In this document: positions 35,956 through 46,276 of the stretch, one piece after another
Numbering within the stretch: the stretch's first letter is position 1
Layout: each line of letters begins with the position of its first letter
Origin: Winogradskyella sp.
Lineage (GTDB): Bacteria; Bacteroidota; Bacteroidia; Flavobacteriales; Flavobacteriaceae
Assembly (NCBI GenBank): GCA_965230605.1
Contig: CBDDLD010000004.1
Coordinates: 181,768-245,767, forward strand
DNA length: 64,000 bases
Direction of reading: 5' to 3'
Translations under genes and position numbers: made by a program
The notes under the pieces: model-generated
What the model saw: the letters and a program-made list of their open reading frames with translations, nothing else
Database searches by the model: none
What the model was told of the DNA's origin: nothing

Positions 35956-38385
35956 TCAGCCTTTGGTATTCAAAGTTATAACTTCTGAGATAAACTCATT
36001 GTCATTGGTAATACCTTCTATATATAAGTTAATAGTTTTAGTTTTTGTATTAAAAAACCTCATAGCGACTTCACCTTTCTCATTAGGTTTCAACTCCGGG
36101 AACCATCCAATAGTCCCGTATTCTTTAAAGAAGGATGTTGAGTAGAATTGATACTTAGGCGTATAAAACTTCTTTTTACTATCAAATGTTAAAGGGACTT
36201 TATAAGTAACAACATTATTCGGAGCTTTTTGTCTCCAGGCGTCACTGTCTGTGTAGATTTTTATGAATCCGGCTTGCCCTCGTATTCCACCACCTGTACC
36301 ATACCATTCATATTCTATATAATCTACCATATTAGTATATATATATGTTAGAGGCGTAAATTCATTTAAAAGCACATCATCTAGATAAACAAGAGGGACA
36401 TTATTACCCCAATTTATTCTTGGGTTGAAGATAGAGAGCGTACCTGAGAAATAATCAAATTGTGTCTGCCATCCCAGCCTTTCTAGGTATAGATCTAACC
36501 GTGCACCTCGCAATTTTTCATATTCATCAATGATATTCACGCGCGAATTTATAGCTTTATTTTTTAGTTTTTCCAGCCGTGTTTTCTCTACATCAGCAGT
36601 CACTGTAACTTCATCTAGTTGCTCTATATTTTTCCACGATTCTGTTGATATTGGAATGTTTACAGAATAATCATTTTTAGTATTAGCTTCTATTGGAGTT
36701 TTATATGCATTGGAATAGTCAGCAAATGTTGAGGGATAAAATTGCAGGTATAAAGATGGCTTATTGTTGAATTTCGCCTTGTTTTTTAGATAACCAATTC
36801 TGAAAAGGTCGTCTTCCGTTGGAATTATTGTCTTTGCAGTAAATTCTTTTTCACCTTTTTTGAGTTCAAATAGTTTGGTGTTCGATTTCTGTAAAGGGTA
36901 AATAACATAGGTGCCTTTCCCTTTTTCTCCATTAACATTGGCAACGACATCGATTCCTCTTTCAAATGGATATATAAATGTATCATTGTAATTAAAAACA
37001 GTATCCCAGTCATAACTACTCCAACCCTGAGACATCATCAGAAGATCTGTATTATACTTGGTGCCTCTATCATTATTCTCGAAGTAGAGATGTGCTTTTT
37101 CTATGGGCCCATTTACATAAGGTTGAAGATAAATTTGCGATAAGATATTGTGATTGTGATTATAAGACTTAGTATCAGAGGGGAGGACCGATACACTTAA
37201 AGAGGTATATACATCTTTCTTTAGTTGCTCTATAGTTAAGGCAATACTGATGCTGTCTTTTGCGGTTTGTATCTTGGATTGAGAAACTCTCTGATGCTTA
37301 ATCCCTTTTTTATTGAAGTATAAACGCTCTAAAAGAGGGCGATTTTGTTCATCAAAAACGGTGAATATATTTATTCCTGGATATAAATCCTCATTCAGGA
37401 ATGCAAGAGTATGGTTGCGACTTTCATTTAATTTAAATTTTGTGACCTGCATGTCATCGCCATTGTGAATAGCAAGCGTGTATATATGATCTTTAATAGC
37501 TTCATATGAAGCAATATTAGTTTGAAAGCCAATAGCTACTTTATCGTTAAGGTCTGTCAGGGTCATTGCTATACCAATAGGATCGATATCCTTAATATTT
37601 TCTGTAACCTTTCCGTCGGATAAGTTTATTTCAACACTATAAGTTTTTCCTAATTCAGGTGTGAAGGCTGTTTTTCCAATTCCAACACCATTAAGCTTAA
37701 ATTCACTTACAATAGTGCCCTCATTATCCATAATTTGCCCAGTAGCTTCTGCAATACCATACCCGAAATCATTTTTTGCGATGATAGCAACAGCATTGGT
37801 AACATTGTATAAAATATGGCCACCTTCTCCCAGAATTTGTAAGTCGATGCTCTCACTTTTTATTTTATTAGGATTCACAACAGCATTATTATCGGCATCT
37901 ATCACTTTAAAAGATTGTTGATAGTGATTGGCTTCTTTAAAATTACGCATCCAGTTAGTATAGGCTTTAAATGTATACACTCCGGTACTTAAAGAATCAT
38001 CAATATTAAACACATTAGTAGCTAAACCATCTTCAACGTAAATTAATTTCTTCTTTAATACATTACCCTTGTCATCAGATATGGTGCAATATAGATTGGT
38101 GGTCATCTTTGAACGTTCTTTGGTAAACTTATCAAAAATGTATGCGGTAAAACCTAGCATTTCACCTTCTATATATGTGGACTTGTTTAAATGAACATAT
38201 GCTAATTCTCTTGGCGCAGCAGCATAAGTTTCATAAGCATCAAGAAGTTCTTCCTCTAAGTCGTTTTGAGAGTAGCCTATAAAAGAGCATAAGAATACTA
38301 TATAGCAAAACAAATTAGAACACTTAATTTTAGTTGGTAATTTCATGATGGTGTGAGTGTTAGAATTCTGTAAGAAAATTATCAA
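35956..38385 (-). CDS. Secreted MG2-domain (alpha-2-macroglobulin-like) protein, paralog 2
   Basis: 809 aa, near-identical to paralog 1 over long stretches at both protein and nucleotide level. The true start is probably MKLPTKIKC (about 38346). Confidence 0.5.
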   Translation of the reverse strand: MIIFLQNSNTHTIMKLPTKIKCSNLFCYIVFLCSFIGYSQNDLEEELLDAYETYAAAPRELAYVHLNKSTYIEGEMLGFTAYIFDKFTKERSKMTTNLYCTISDDKGNVLKKKLIYVEDGLATNVFNIDDSLSTGVYTFKAYTNWMRNFKEANHYQQSFKVIDADNNAVVNPNKIKSESIDLQILGEGGHILYNVTNAVAIIAKNDFGYGIAEATGQIMDNEGTIVSEFKLNGVGIGKTAFTPELGKTYSVEINLSDGKVTENIKDIDPIGIAMTLTDLNDKVAIGFQTNIASYEAIKDHIYTLAIHNGDDMQVTKFKLNESRNHTLAFLNEDLYPGINIFTVFDEQNRPLLERLYFNKKGIKHQRVSQSKIQTAKDSISIALTIEQLKKDVYTSLSVSVLPSDTKSYNHNHNILSQIYLQPYVNGPIEKAHLYFENNDRGTKYNTDLLMMSQGWSSYDWDTVFNYNDTFIYPFERGIDVVANVNGEKGKGTYVIYPLQKSNTKLFELKKGEKEFTAKTIIPTEDDLFRIGYLKNKAKFNNKPSLYLQFYPSTFADYSNAYKTPIEANTKNDYSVNIPISTESWKNIEQLDEVTVTADVEKTRLEKLKNKAINSRVNIIDEYEKLRGARLDLYLERLGWQTQFDYFSGTLSIFNPRINWGNNVPLVYLDDVLLNEFTPLTYIYTNMVDYIEYEWYGTGGGIRGQAGFIKIYTDSDAWRQKAPNNVVTYKVPLTFDSKKKFYTPKYQFYSTSFFKEYGTIGWFPELKPNEKGEVAMRFFNTKTKTINLYIEGITNDNEFISEVITLNTKG

Positions 38386-38409
38386 AAATTATTCCAAACT
38401 CAACGTTAT

Positions 38410-40458
38410 TTAACTAATCTTTAAGCCATTAGTGATTTCTTGTTCTTCCGGATTGACAAATACAAGGTCGCCATTTTCATTTTCGGTCATAAGTATCATG
38501 CCCTCGCTTTCAACACCACGTAGAGCTCTAGGTGCTAAGTTTACTAAAACAGTCACTTTTTTACCGATTACCTCTTCTGGTTTGAAGCTTTCAGCAATAC
38601 CAGAAACAATAGTTCTTGTATCTATTCCTGTGTCAACTTTTAAAACTAAAAGCTTTTTTGTTTTAGGCATTTTTTCTGCTTCTAAAATGGTTCCCACTCT
38701 CATGTCGAGTTTTACGAAATCATCAAATGTGATGGTCTCTTTTTGAGGGTCAACCGTTTTGTTTGCAGCTTCATTTGCTTTTTTACTAGCTTCTAACTTA
38801 TCGAGTTGAATTTGAATCGTCTTATCTTCTATTTTTGAGAATAATAACTCTGATTTACCAATTTGGTGAGAAGATGAAATAAGCATCTCCTTTGAAGCAA
38901 TATCGCTCCAGGTATTGTTATCTGAATTTAAAATAGACTTTAATTTATTTGATGTAAATGGTAAGAACGGCTCAGACAGAACAGCCAATGCTGTAGCTAT
39001 TTGAAGTGCCACATACATAATAGTTTGTGTGCGTTCTTCATCTACCTTTATAGTTTTCCAAGGCTCTTCATCTGCTAGATACTTATTACCAAGACGAGCC
39101 AAGTTCATTAACTCTTGAGAGCCTTCCCTAAAGCGATAACGTTCAATTGAGCTTGCAATTACAGATGGATATGCTTTTACATTAGCAAGAGTCTCTTTAT
39201 CTACTTCATTGAGCGCTCCCGGTTGAGGGACTACACCATCATAATATTTATTTGTTAATACGACCACACGGTTAATAAAGTTACCGAAGATGGCTACCAG
39301 CTCATTATTGTTTCTTGCTTGGAAATCTTTCCATGTAAAATCGTTGTCTTTAGTTTCAGGGGCATTTGCTGTTAGAGCATAGCGTAAAACATCTTGCTGC
39401 TCTGGAAATTCTTTAAGATAATCAGGTAACCAAACAGCCCAGTTCTTAGACGTTGACAATTTGTTACCTTCAAGATTTAAAAACTCATTAGCAGGCACAT
39501 TTTCCGGGAGTATATAACTGCCTTCAGCTTTCAGCATAGAAGGGAAGATGATACAGTGAAAGACTATATTATCTTTTCCTATAAAGTGAACCAGTTTAGT
39601 CTCTTTGTCTTTCCAATAAGATGTCCAGTCTTTACCTTCACGTTCTGCCCATTCTTTAGTCGCAGAGATGTATCCTATAGGTGCATCAAACCATACATAC
39701 AGTACTTTACCTTCAGCACCTTCAACAGGAACCGGAATTCCCCAATCAAGATCTCTTGTAACAGCTCTTGGGCGTAAACCATCATCAATCCAAGATTTTA
39801 CTTGTCCGTATACATTAGGCTTCCAATCTTTTTTATGACCCTTAAGGATCCATTCGCGTAAAAAATCTTCATGCTTATTAAGTGGTAAAAACCAATGCTT
39901 TGTTTCCTTAAGCGTAGGAACATTACCTGTAATAGCAGATTTTGGATTGATAAGATCTGTAGCGTTATGGCTGGTTCCGCAGTTTTCACATTGGTCACCG
40001 TAGGCTTCTTCATATCCACATTTTGGGCATGTGCCTATAACAAATCTATCTGCTAAAAACTGATTGGCTTCTGCGTCATATAATTGCTCGGAAACTTCTT
40101 CTACAAACTCATTTTTATCATACAGTGTTTTAAAAAACTCCGACGCAGTTTCGTGGTGTATTTTGGCTGTAGTTCGGGAATAGTTATCGAAAGAAATACC
40201 AAAATCTTCAAAAGACTGTTTTATAATAGTGTGATATTTGTCAACAATATCCTGAGGTGATACACCTTCTTTTTTAGCTTTTATGGTAATTGGTACACCA
40301 TGCTCATCACTACCACAGATGAAGGCTACATCGTTACCCGTAAGCCTTAGGTATCTTGCATAAATATCTGCAGGCACATAAACGCCAGCCAAGTGACCAA
40401 TATGAATTGGGCCATTTGTGTATGGTAATGCTGCTGTGATGGTATATCTTTTGGACAT
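38410..40458 (-). CDS. metG: Methionine--tRNA ligase with C-terminal tRNA-binding (EMAP/Trbp111-like) domain
   Basis: HIGH motif (PIHIGHLAG), KMSKS-type region (GNKLSTSKN), Cys4 zinc knuckle (CPKCG...CENCG), C-terminal anticodon-binding OB domain. The ORF track extends 22 codons upstream to 40524, but MSKRYTIT is the conserved start. Confidence 0.9.
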   Translation of the reverse strand: MSKRYTITAALPYTNGPIHIGHLAGVYVPADIYARYLRLTGNDVAFICGSDEHGVPITIKAKKEGVSPQDIVDKYHTIIKQSFEDFGISFDNYSRTTAKIHHETASEFFKTLYDKNEFVEEVSEQLYDAEANQFLADRFVIGTCPKCGYEEAYGDQCENCGTSHNATDLINPKSAITGNVPTLKETKHWFLPLNKHEDFLREWILKGHKKDWKPNVYGQVKSWIDDGLRPRAVTRDLDWGIPVPVEGAEGKVLYVWFDAPIGYISATKEWAEREGKDWTSYWKDKETKLVHFIGKDNIVFHCIIFPSMLKAEGSYILPENVPANEFLNLEGNKLSTSKNWAVWLPDYLKEFPEQQDVLRYALTANAPETKDNDFTWKDFQARNNNELVAIFGNFINRVVVLTNKYYDGVVPQPGALNEVDKETLANVKAYPSVIASSIERYRFREGSQELMNLARLGNKYLADEEPWKTIKVDEERTQTIMYVALQIATALAVLSEPFLPFTSNKLKSILNSDNNTWSDIASKEMLISSSHQIGKSELLFSKIEDKTIQIQLDKLEASKKANEAANKTVDPQKETITFDDFVKLDMRVGTILEAEKMPKTKKLLVLKVDTGIDTRTIVSGIAESFKPEEVIGKKVTVLVNLAPRALRGVESEGMILMTENENGDLVFVNPEEQEITNGLKIS

Positions 40459-40542
40459 TTTAATAACTTTAATGAAGGCACAAAAGTACATAATATAAAG
40501 GCGATTTAGAAAAAAAATGTACATTTACAAAAAGCACATCTA

Positions 40543-41565
40543 ATGAGAATAAGAGGTTTAAATTTTAGTACAATCCTGTTGGTTTTTTGCTTTGCTATGA
40601 CTTCTTCTAGTGCTCAACAAAAAGATACCTATATGGAGTCTAATTCGAGTTTAATTCACCCCCCTTATTTAAAAGCAGGAGATACAGTTGCTATTGTTGC
40701 TCCTTCAGGAATTCTTAAAAACAGAGAACGCGAAGTACGACAAGCACAAGCACTTTTGAAATCGTGGGGATTACATACTATAGTTGGTAAACATGTATTT
40801 AAAAAAGCCAATCATTTTGCGGGGACTGATGATGAGCGCTGTGAGGATATGCAACAAGCTATGGATGACCCCAGTGTGAGCGCTATATGGTGTGCAAGAG
40901 GCGGGTATGGTACAGTTAGAATATTGGATAAACTCGATTATACAAAATTTAAGGAATACCCTAAATGGATCATAGGTTATTCTGACATCACTGCATTACA
41001 CAACCAAGTGCATAATGAAGGCTATCAATCTATGCATGCATTAATGTGTGTAAGCCTTACTGAAAACTTAACTGAAATTAAGGAAACGGTTGCGACGTTT
41101 AAGGAAGCAATATTTGGAACACCAAGATCGTACCAGCTTGAAGGTTCTAAATATAATAAGACTGGAAAATCGAGTGGGCAATTGGTAGGAGGAAACCTTA
41201 CCATGTTGCATACCATGTTGGGCTCTGATACTAGTATAGATACCTCAGGAAAGATCTTATTTATTGAAGAGATTGGAGAGTATAAATACCATATTGATCG
41301 TATGCTACAAAGCATGAAACGTGCAGGATATTTTACAAATTGTAAAGGTTTGATTGTAGGTGATATGACAAAACTCAGAAAAAATACGACACTCTGGGGA
41401 ACCTCTATTGAGCAATTGATCTTGGATGCACTTTCAGAGTATGATTTTCCAATAGCGTTTAATATGCCGGCAGGACACGAAGATGATAATAGAGCATTAG
41501 TTTTAGGTCGAATAATCGACTTTAGTGTAACTAAGGAGCAATCTCGTATTTCTTTTCAAAAATAG
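40543..41565 (+). CDS. ldcA: LD-carboxypeptidase (peptidase S66, muramoyltetrapeptide carboxypeptidase)
   Basis: S66 catalytic Ser context (IIGYSDITALH), a conserved C-terminal Glu/His region, and a signal peptide. Confidence 0.7.
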   Translation: MRIRGLNFSTILLVFCFAMTSSSAQQKDTYMESNSSLIHPPYLKAGDTVAIVAPSGILKNREREVRQAQALLKSWGLHTIVGKHVFKKANHFAGTDDERCEDMQQAMDDPSVSAIWCARGGYGTVRILDKLDYTKFKEYPKWIIGYSDITALHNQVHNEGYQSMHALMCVSLTENLTEIKETVATFKEAIFGTPRSYQLEGSKYNKTGKSSGQLVGGNLTMLHTMLGSDTSIDTSGKILFIEEIGEYKYHIDRMLQSMKRAGYFTNCKGLIVGDMTKLRKNTTLWGTSIEQLILDALSEYDFPIAFNMPAGHEDDNRALVLGRIIDFSVTKEQSRISFQK

Positions 41566-41567
41566 AG

Positions 41568-42338
41568 ATGGGATTCTATGATCTAAGTAAGGAGGAACGT
41601 ACAAAATTGGTTGAAACGATCAATCTTGATATAGAGGCTGATTTAGAGTCTAATCAGCAAAATAAAATCATTACGTACTTTTCAGATGAAGATACTTATA
41701 TACGCAAATCTGCATATCTGGCTATAGGGAAGATCTTTTATAAACGCAAGGATTTACAGAGCATTATTTTGAATACTTTAAGCACACTTATAGAATCTAA
41801 TGTTGATAGTGTGAGACAAACAACAGTAAATGCTGCAGGAGAAATAGGAAAGTTTCATTTTGATAAGGTGCAATCCTTTTTTGACTCAGGATTGTTTGAT
41901 GCTCATCATTCCGTTAGAAATGCGGTCATAGGCTCTGTTAAGAAAATGGGGAAGCGAAACCCAGAACCGGTTTTAAACTGGGCTAAAACCTATCTTAAGC
42001 ACCCTGACAAGGAAGTAAGAAGAGAGATCTGCCATGGTATAGAACTCAGAGGGAGAACGCATCCTCAGGATATTTTGCCCTTATTAAAAGAACTAGAATT
42101 TGATGAAACCAAGCGAGTTTCAGAGACTTTAGCTCACGTAATAGGGCAGATAGCCTACAAAAAAGGGTGCCTGAAAACGGTAGTTGCACATCTTAATACA
42201 TGGAAAAACAAAGCCTTGGTTGACAAGGCTTTGGATGAAATTGTTGATGTTCATGATCGTTACAAGAAGTTTGCTATATTATCACAACAAGAGGCTATTG
42301 ATTATATAGAAAAAGCATATAGCCATGAAAAATCATAA
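41568..42338 (+). CDS. HEAT-repeat DNA alkylation repair (AlkC/AlkD-like) protein
   Basis: About 250 aa of alpha/alpha HEAT-like repeats typical of DNA-glycosylase AlkD-family proteins in Bacteroidetes. Assigned by pattern only. Confidence 0.45.
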   Translation: MGFYDLSKEERTKLVETINLDIEADLESNQQNKIITYFSDEDTYIRKSAYLAIGKIFYKRKDLQSIILNTLSTLIESNVDSVRQTTVNAAGEIGKFHFDKVQSFFDSGLFDAHHSVRNAVIGSVKKMGKRNPEPVLNWAKTYLKHPDKEVRREICHGIELRGRTHPQDILPLLKELEFDETKRVSETLAHVIGQIAYKKGCLKTVVAHLNTWKNKALVDKALDEIVDVHDRYKKFAILSQQEAIDYIEKAYSHEKS

Positions 42339-42684
42339 TGAATTAGGTAGGAAAGGAGAGGACTTAGCGATAGATTTTCTATTACAAAAAGGGTATAAAA
42401 TCCTAGAGCGAAATTTTAGATATAAGAAAGCTGAGGTAGACATCATTGCAGAAAAAAACAATCTCTTATCGGTTATAGAAGTTAAGACAAGGTCATCAAC
42501 ATATTATGGTAATCCTGAAGATTTCGTAAAGCCTAAACAAATTAAAAATTTAGTAGCTGCCATTAATGAATATGTTACATCTAATGATTTAGACGTGGAA
42601 GTTCAGTTTGATATTATCGCAATTGTAAAAGAAAAAAGTGAGACTAAAATAGAGCATTTGGAGAATGCTTTTTATCACTTCTAA
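42325..42684 (+). CDS. yraN: YraN family (UPF0102) predicted endonuclease
   Basis: GEDLAIDFLLQKGYKILERNFR...EVDIIA motif. 119 aa. Confidence 0.75.
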   Translation: MKNHNELGRKGEDLAIDFLLQKGYKILERNFRYKKAEVDIIAEKNNLLSVIEVKTRSSTYYGNPEDFVKPKQIKNLVAAINEYVTSNDLDVEVQFDIIAIVKEKSETKIEHLENAFYHF

Positions 42685-43034
42685 ATGTATATACTTGTAA
42701 CTACAAATAATAGAGTATAGAAAAGAACATTGACGCAAATTGCTTTAGGTTGCATATGTCTAAGACGGCCATATTCTTTCTTCATTATTTTAAAAGATAA
42801 AATACTTCCGGTAAAAATTATTCCTAACATAATAAACCAGTATAAAGATTGTGGGTATGGCATTGTAAGATTGGTAATTAAGAATAATATAGCTAAACCA
42901 GAAGTTATCAATAAACCTCTTTGGTTTCTAATATCTAAGGCATTTCTTCTAATGATATCTCTGACTTTTGAGATTATAATTGTGGAAATAAGAATACAAA
43001 ATACTATGGAAAACGTCATCAATAAACTTTTCAT
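42681..43034 (-). CDS. Hypothetical membrane protein (3 TM)
   Basis: Hydrophobic segments only. Confidence 0.3.
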   Translation of the reverse strand: MKSLLMTFSIVFCILISTIIISKVRDIIRRNALDIRNQRGLLITSGLAILFLITNLTMPYPQSLYWFIMLGIIFTGSILSFKIMKKEYGRLRHMQPKAICVNVLFYTLLFVVTSIYI

Positions 43035-43081
43035 AAAAATAAAAATTCTTTAATGAATGAAAAATATAATTTTCTTAAAAT

Positions 43082-43660
43082 TTATTTATAGAAGTTCATT
43101 TCGTCCAGATATTCCCACACATGTTCTGGTAACATGGGCTTTACATTTTTTCCTTCTTTAATTGAAGACCTTATGAATGTGGAAGATAACTCCATAATTG
43201 GAGCTTCTATTTTATGAATCTTAGGATGGTTTATGAATTGGTCACTTACAACTCCAGAAGATATTCGAGGATAAACATAAATATGATATCCTTCTAAAAT
43301 AAGCTCATAGTTTTTCCATTTATGGAAACTTTTTAAGTTATCCTCTCCCATTATTAAAGCAAACTCATGCTCTGGAAATTTCTCGTGGAGATAAGTCAGC
43401 GTATTTATGGTGTAATTTGGTTGAGGTAATCCGAATTCTATATCACTAGGTCTTAATTTAGCATAGTCTTTAGTGGCTCTGTATACCATTTCTAATCGCT
43501 GGTGATTATCTAAAAGGCTACTTTTTTTCTTAAAGGGACTTAGAGGTGTTACCACAAACCATACCTGATCAAGATCACTATACTCAGCAAGGTGATTTGC
43601 TATGGTTAGATGCCCTACATGAATAGGGTTAAATGTGCCAAAATATAAACCAATCTTCAT
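43082..43660 (-). CDS. nadD: Nicotinate-nucleotide adenylyltransferase
   Basis: GTFNPIHVGHL (H/TxGH) motif and an SxT-type C-terminal motif (ELSSTFIR). Confidence 0.85.
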   Translation of the reverse strand: MKIGLYFGTFNPIHVGHLTIANHLAEYSDLDQVWFVVTPLSPFKKKSSLLDNHQRLEMVYRATKDYAKLRPSDIEFGLPQPNYTINTLTYLHEKFPEHEFALIMGEDNLKSFHKWKNYELILEGYHIYVYPRISSGVVSDQFINHPKIHKIEAPIMELSSTFIRSSIKEGKNVKPMLPEHVWEYLDEMNFYK

Positions 43661-43662
43661 AC

Positions 43663-44268
43663 CTAATCATTAATAAATTCTGAAACTAAAGCATAGGCAT
43701 CTTTAAGTGCATCTTCAAGATTGGAATTAACAACAATGGTATCAAATTGGGGAGCTGTAGCTAATTCAACAGGTGCTTTTGCTACTCTCATATTAATCTT
43801 ATCTTCACTTTCTTCGCCTCTGTCTTTAAGACGTCTAATGAGCTCATTAAGATCTGGAGGCTTTACAAAAACGGCCAAGGTTTCTTCTGGAAATTTGCGT
43901 TTAATTCTTAGGCCCCCTGTAACATCTATATCAAAAATAACGTGTTTGCCTTTGGCCCAGATGCGCTCTATTTCGGTTTTTAATGTCCCGTAAAAATTAT
44001 CTCTGTAGACTTCTTCCCATTCTAAGAACTCATCATTTCTTATCTTTTGCTTAAACTCTTTTAAGGATATAAAATAGTAGTCTTTACCATCAATTTCTTT
44101 ACCTCGTTTCTCTCTTGAAGTAGCAGAGATTGAAAATTCTAAGTTAAGCTCAGGTTGTTTAAGAAGATGTCTAACAATAGTCGTTTTTCCTGAACCAGAT
44201 GGCGCAGAAAAAACGATGAGCTTTCCTTTTTTATTGTGTGATTCTAATGCTCCCAAACTATAAGACAT
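43663..44268 (-). CDS. gmk: Guanylate kinase
   Basis: P-loop SAPSGSGKTT, and a GMP-binding SxTTR-like region (SATSREKRGKEIDGKDYYF). Confidence 0.9.
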   Translation of the reverse strand: MSYSLGALESHNKKGKLIVFSAPSGSGKTTIVRHLLKQPELNLEFSISATSREKRGKEIDGKDYYFISLKEFKQKIRNDEFLEWEEVYRDNFYGTLKTEIERIWAKGKHVIFDIDVTGGLRIKRKFPEETLAVFVKPPDLNELIRRLKDRGEESEDKINMRVAKAPVELATAPQFDTIVVNSNLEDALKDAYALVSEFIND

Positions 44269-45142
44269 TTAATAATTGCTCTTTTATTTTTTCGAGCTCA
44301 TCTTTCATCTGAACAACAAGCTTTTGCATAGGGGCATAGTTGGCTTTTGAACCTATAGTATTTATCTCACGGCCTATTTCTTGAGCTATGAAACCTAACT
44401 TTTTACCATTAGAGTCATTAGAGTTAAGTGACTGATAAAAATAGTCCAAATGGTTTTGTAATCTGACTTTTTCTTCTGTGATATCAAACTTTTCTATATA
44501 GTAAACAAGTTCTTGTTCAAACCTGTTTTCATCAACACGCTCTTTAATTTCAGCGATACCTTTTTCTAATCGAAGACGTACACCTTCAATGCGTTCAGGA
44601 TCCATGGTCATTACATCATCTAAAAGCGCTTTAATATTTTTTACACGATCTTCGAAATCTTTTTTTAGAGTAGAACCTTCATCATTTCTATAATCGTTAA
44701 TTTTTTGAAGTGTTACTTCTATTTCTTTTGCAATAATACTCCATTCATTTTCATCAATATCATCTCGTTCAGTAGTTACGGCATCAGGTAATCTTACAGC
44801 CATTTTTAATAACTCTGTAGTATCTCCGTCTACAACTTCTTTCAGTTGTTTTATATATTCTCTTACTACGGTTTGGTTTATAGATGAATTAGTATCCTCT
44901 CCTGTAATTTCAACATACAATGAAAAATCTATCTTACCTCTATTTAATGATTTTGCAATGCGCTTTCTAATCTCTAACTCTTTTGCTCTATACATAGAGG
45001 GCATTCGCGTATTAATATCTAAGTTTTTACTATTAAGAGATTTTATTTCGATAGATACTTTTTTAGCAGGTAATTGGATTACCGTTTTTCCGTATCCTGT
45101 CATTGATTGTATCATGGATTGCTTATAGTTAAAGTTGCGCAA
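44258..45142 (-). CDS. yicC: YicC family stress-induced protein
   Basis: YicC N- and C-terminal conserved regions (MTGYG ... GKKLGFIAQEIGREINTIGSKA). Standard yicC-gmk-nadD gene order. Confidence 0.8.
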   Translation of the reverse strand: MRNFNYKQSMIQSMTGYGKTVIQLPAKKVSIEIKSLNSKNLDINTRMPSMYRAKELEIRKRIAKSLNRGKIDFSLYVEITGEDTNSSINQTVVREYIKQLKEVVDGDTTELLKMAVRLPDAVTTERDDIDENEWSIIAKEIEVTLQKINDYRNDEGSTLKKDFEDRVKNIKALLDDVMTMDPERIEGVRLRLEKGIAEIKERVDENRFEQELVYYIEKFDITEEKVRLQNHLDYFYQSLNSNDSNGKKLGFIAQEIGREINTIGSKANYAPMQKLVVQMKDELEKIKEQLLNVL

Positions 45143-45249
45143 AGGTACAAAAATTGAATTCGTTATATGATAATAAAAAGGAGAGGCCTATTTTTAATTT
45201 AGGGTATATTATTTTTAATTTTATACACTCAGAATATAAATCAATTTTC

Positions 45250-45729
45250 ATGTTTAAAAAACAATTTGAAATAAGATGGAGTGATGTAGATGCTAATGGC
45301 CATTTAGCGAATTCAGCATATACAAACTTTATGAGTCATGCTCGTATGTCGTTTTTTGGTGACAATGGATTCTCGATGCCAGAAATAAAAAAATACGGTA
45401 TTGGTCCGGTGGTTTTTTACGAGCATATGTATTATTTTAAAGAGTCGTTTATAGGACAACCTATTACAGTCACTATTGAGATTTCTGGACTTAGTGAAGA
45501 TGGTATGTTTTTTATGTTTGAACACAATTTCTACAATGAAAAAGGGGATAACTTAGCGTATTGTGAAATGCAGGGCGGGTGGATAGATCTTAAACTCAGG
45601 CAACTCACAAAATTACCTACTCCTTTGTTAGGCTTAGCCGATAAATTTCCTAAATCGGATAGTTTTAAAGTGCTTACAAAGGAAGATACCAGAAAGCATG
45701 GAATAAGACCTAAACCTTTAGAAATCTGA
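45250..45729 (+). CDS. Acyl-CoA thioesterase (hotdog-fold / 4HBT family)
   Basis: EIRWSDVDANGHLANSAY hotdog thioesterase signature. The upstream extension in the ORF track (from 45154) is unlikely to be real. Confidence 0.65.
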   Translation: MFKKQFEIRWSDVDANGHLANSAYTNFMSHARMSFFGDNGFSMPEIKKYGIGPVVFYEHMYYFKESFIGQPITVTIEISGLSEDGMFFMFEHNFYNEKGDNLAYCEMQGGWIDLKLRQLTKLPTPLLGLADKFPKSDSFKVLTKEDTRKHGIRPKPLEI

Positions 45730-45785
45730 TCATTTTACTAAAAATTTGTAATTTGAAACCAATTAACTAATAAATCATTAAGAAA

Positions 45786-46226
45786 ATGGAAGATTTAAAC
45801 ATTAATTGGATTGCTGTAGTCGTAGCAGCTATAGTTCCAATGATTATTGGATTCATTTGGTACAACCCTAAGGTTTTTGGAATTGCATGGATGCGCGAGT
45901 CTGGAATGACTGAAGAGAAAGCTAAACAAATGAACCCTGGAAAAACATATGGATTAGCGTTAGTATTTGCATTTGTACTTGCTTTTGCGGTTTGGCCTCA
46001 GGTAATGTTGGGCGGTGGACCTGGAGAAGCTCATGGTGTAGAACCATACCTAACATTTAAACATGGTGCTCTTCATGGTGCCCTATTGGGTCTAATGATT
46101 GTATTACCTGTATTTGCTACCAACGCGTTATTTGAACAAAAATCGTTTAAATATGTAGCTATCAATGTTGGATACTGGGTGGTAACTCTAGCAATTATGG
46201 GAGGCATAATTAATGCGTGGCAGTAA
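45786..46226 (+). CDS. Hypothetical integral membrane protein (4 TM, DUF1761-like)
   Basis: Four hydrophobic segments. Family is recalled only weakly. Confidence 0.4.
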   Translation: MEDLNINWIAVVVAAIVPMIIGFIWYNPKVFGIAWMRESGMTEEKAKQMNPGKTYGLALVFAFVLAFAVWPQVMLGGGPGEAHGVEPYLTFKHGALHGALLGLMIVLPVFATNALFEQKSFKYVAINVGYWVVTLAIMGGIINAWQ

Positions 46227-46276
46227 TAATTAACACATTTCTTCATAATAAAAAGAGGCCCTATAAGAGCCTCTTT

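Noticed and set aside
38410-40524. 22-codon N-terminal extension of metG ([22 protein letters not shown]...)
   Set aside because: The MetRS Rossmann fold starts at MSKRYTIT. The extension is hydrophobic, not conserved in MetRS, and arises simply because there is no in-frame stop upstream.
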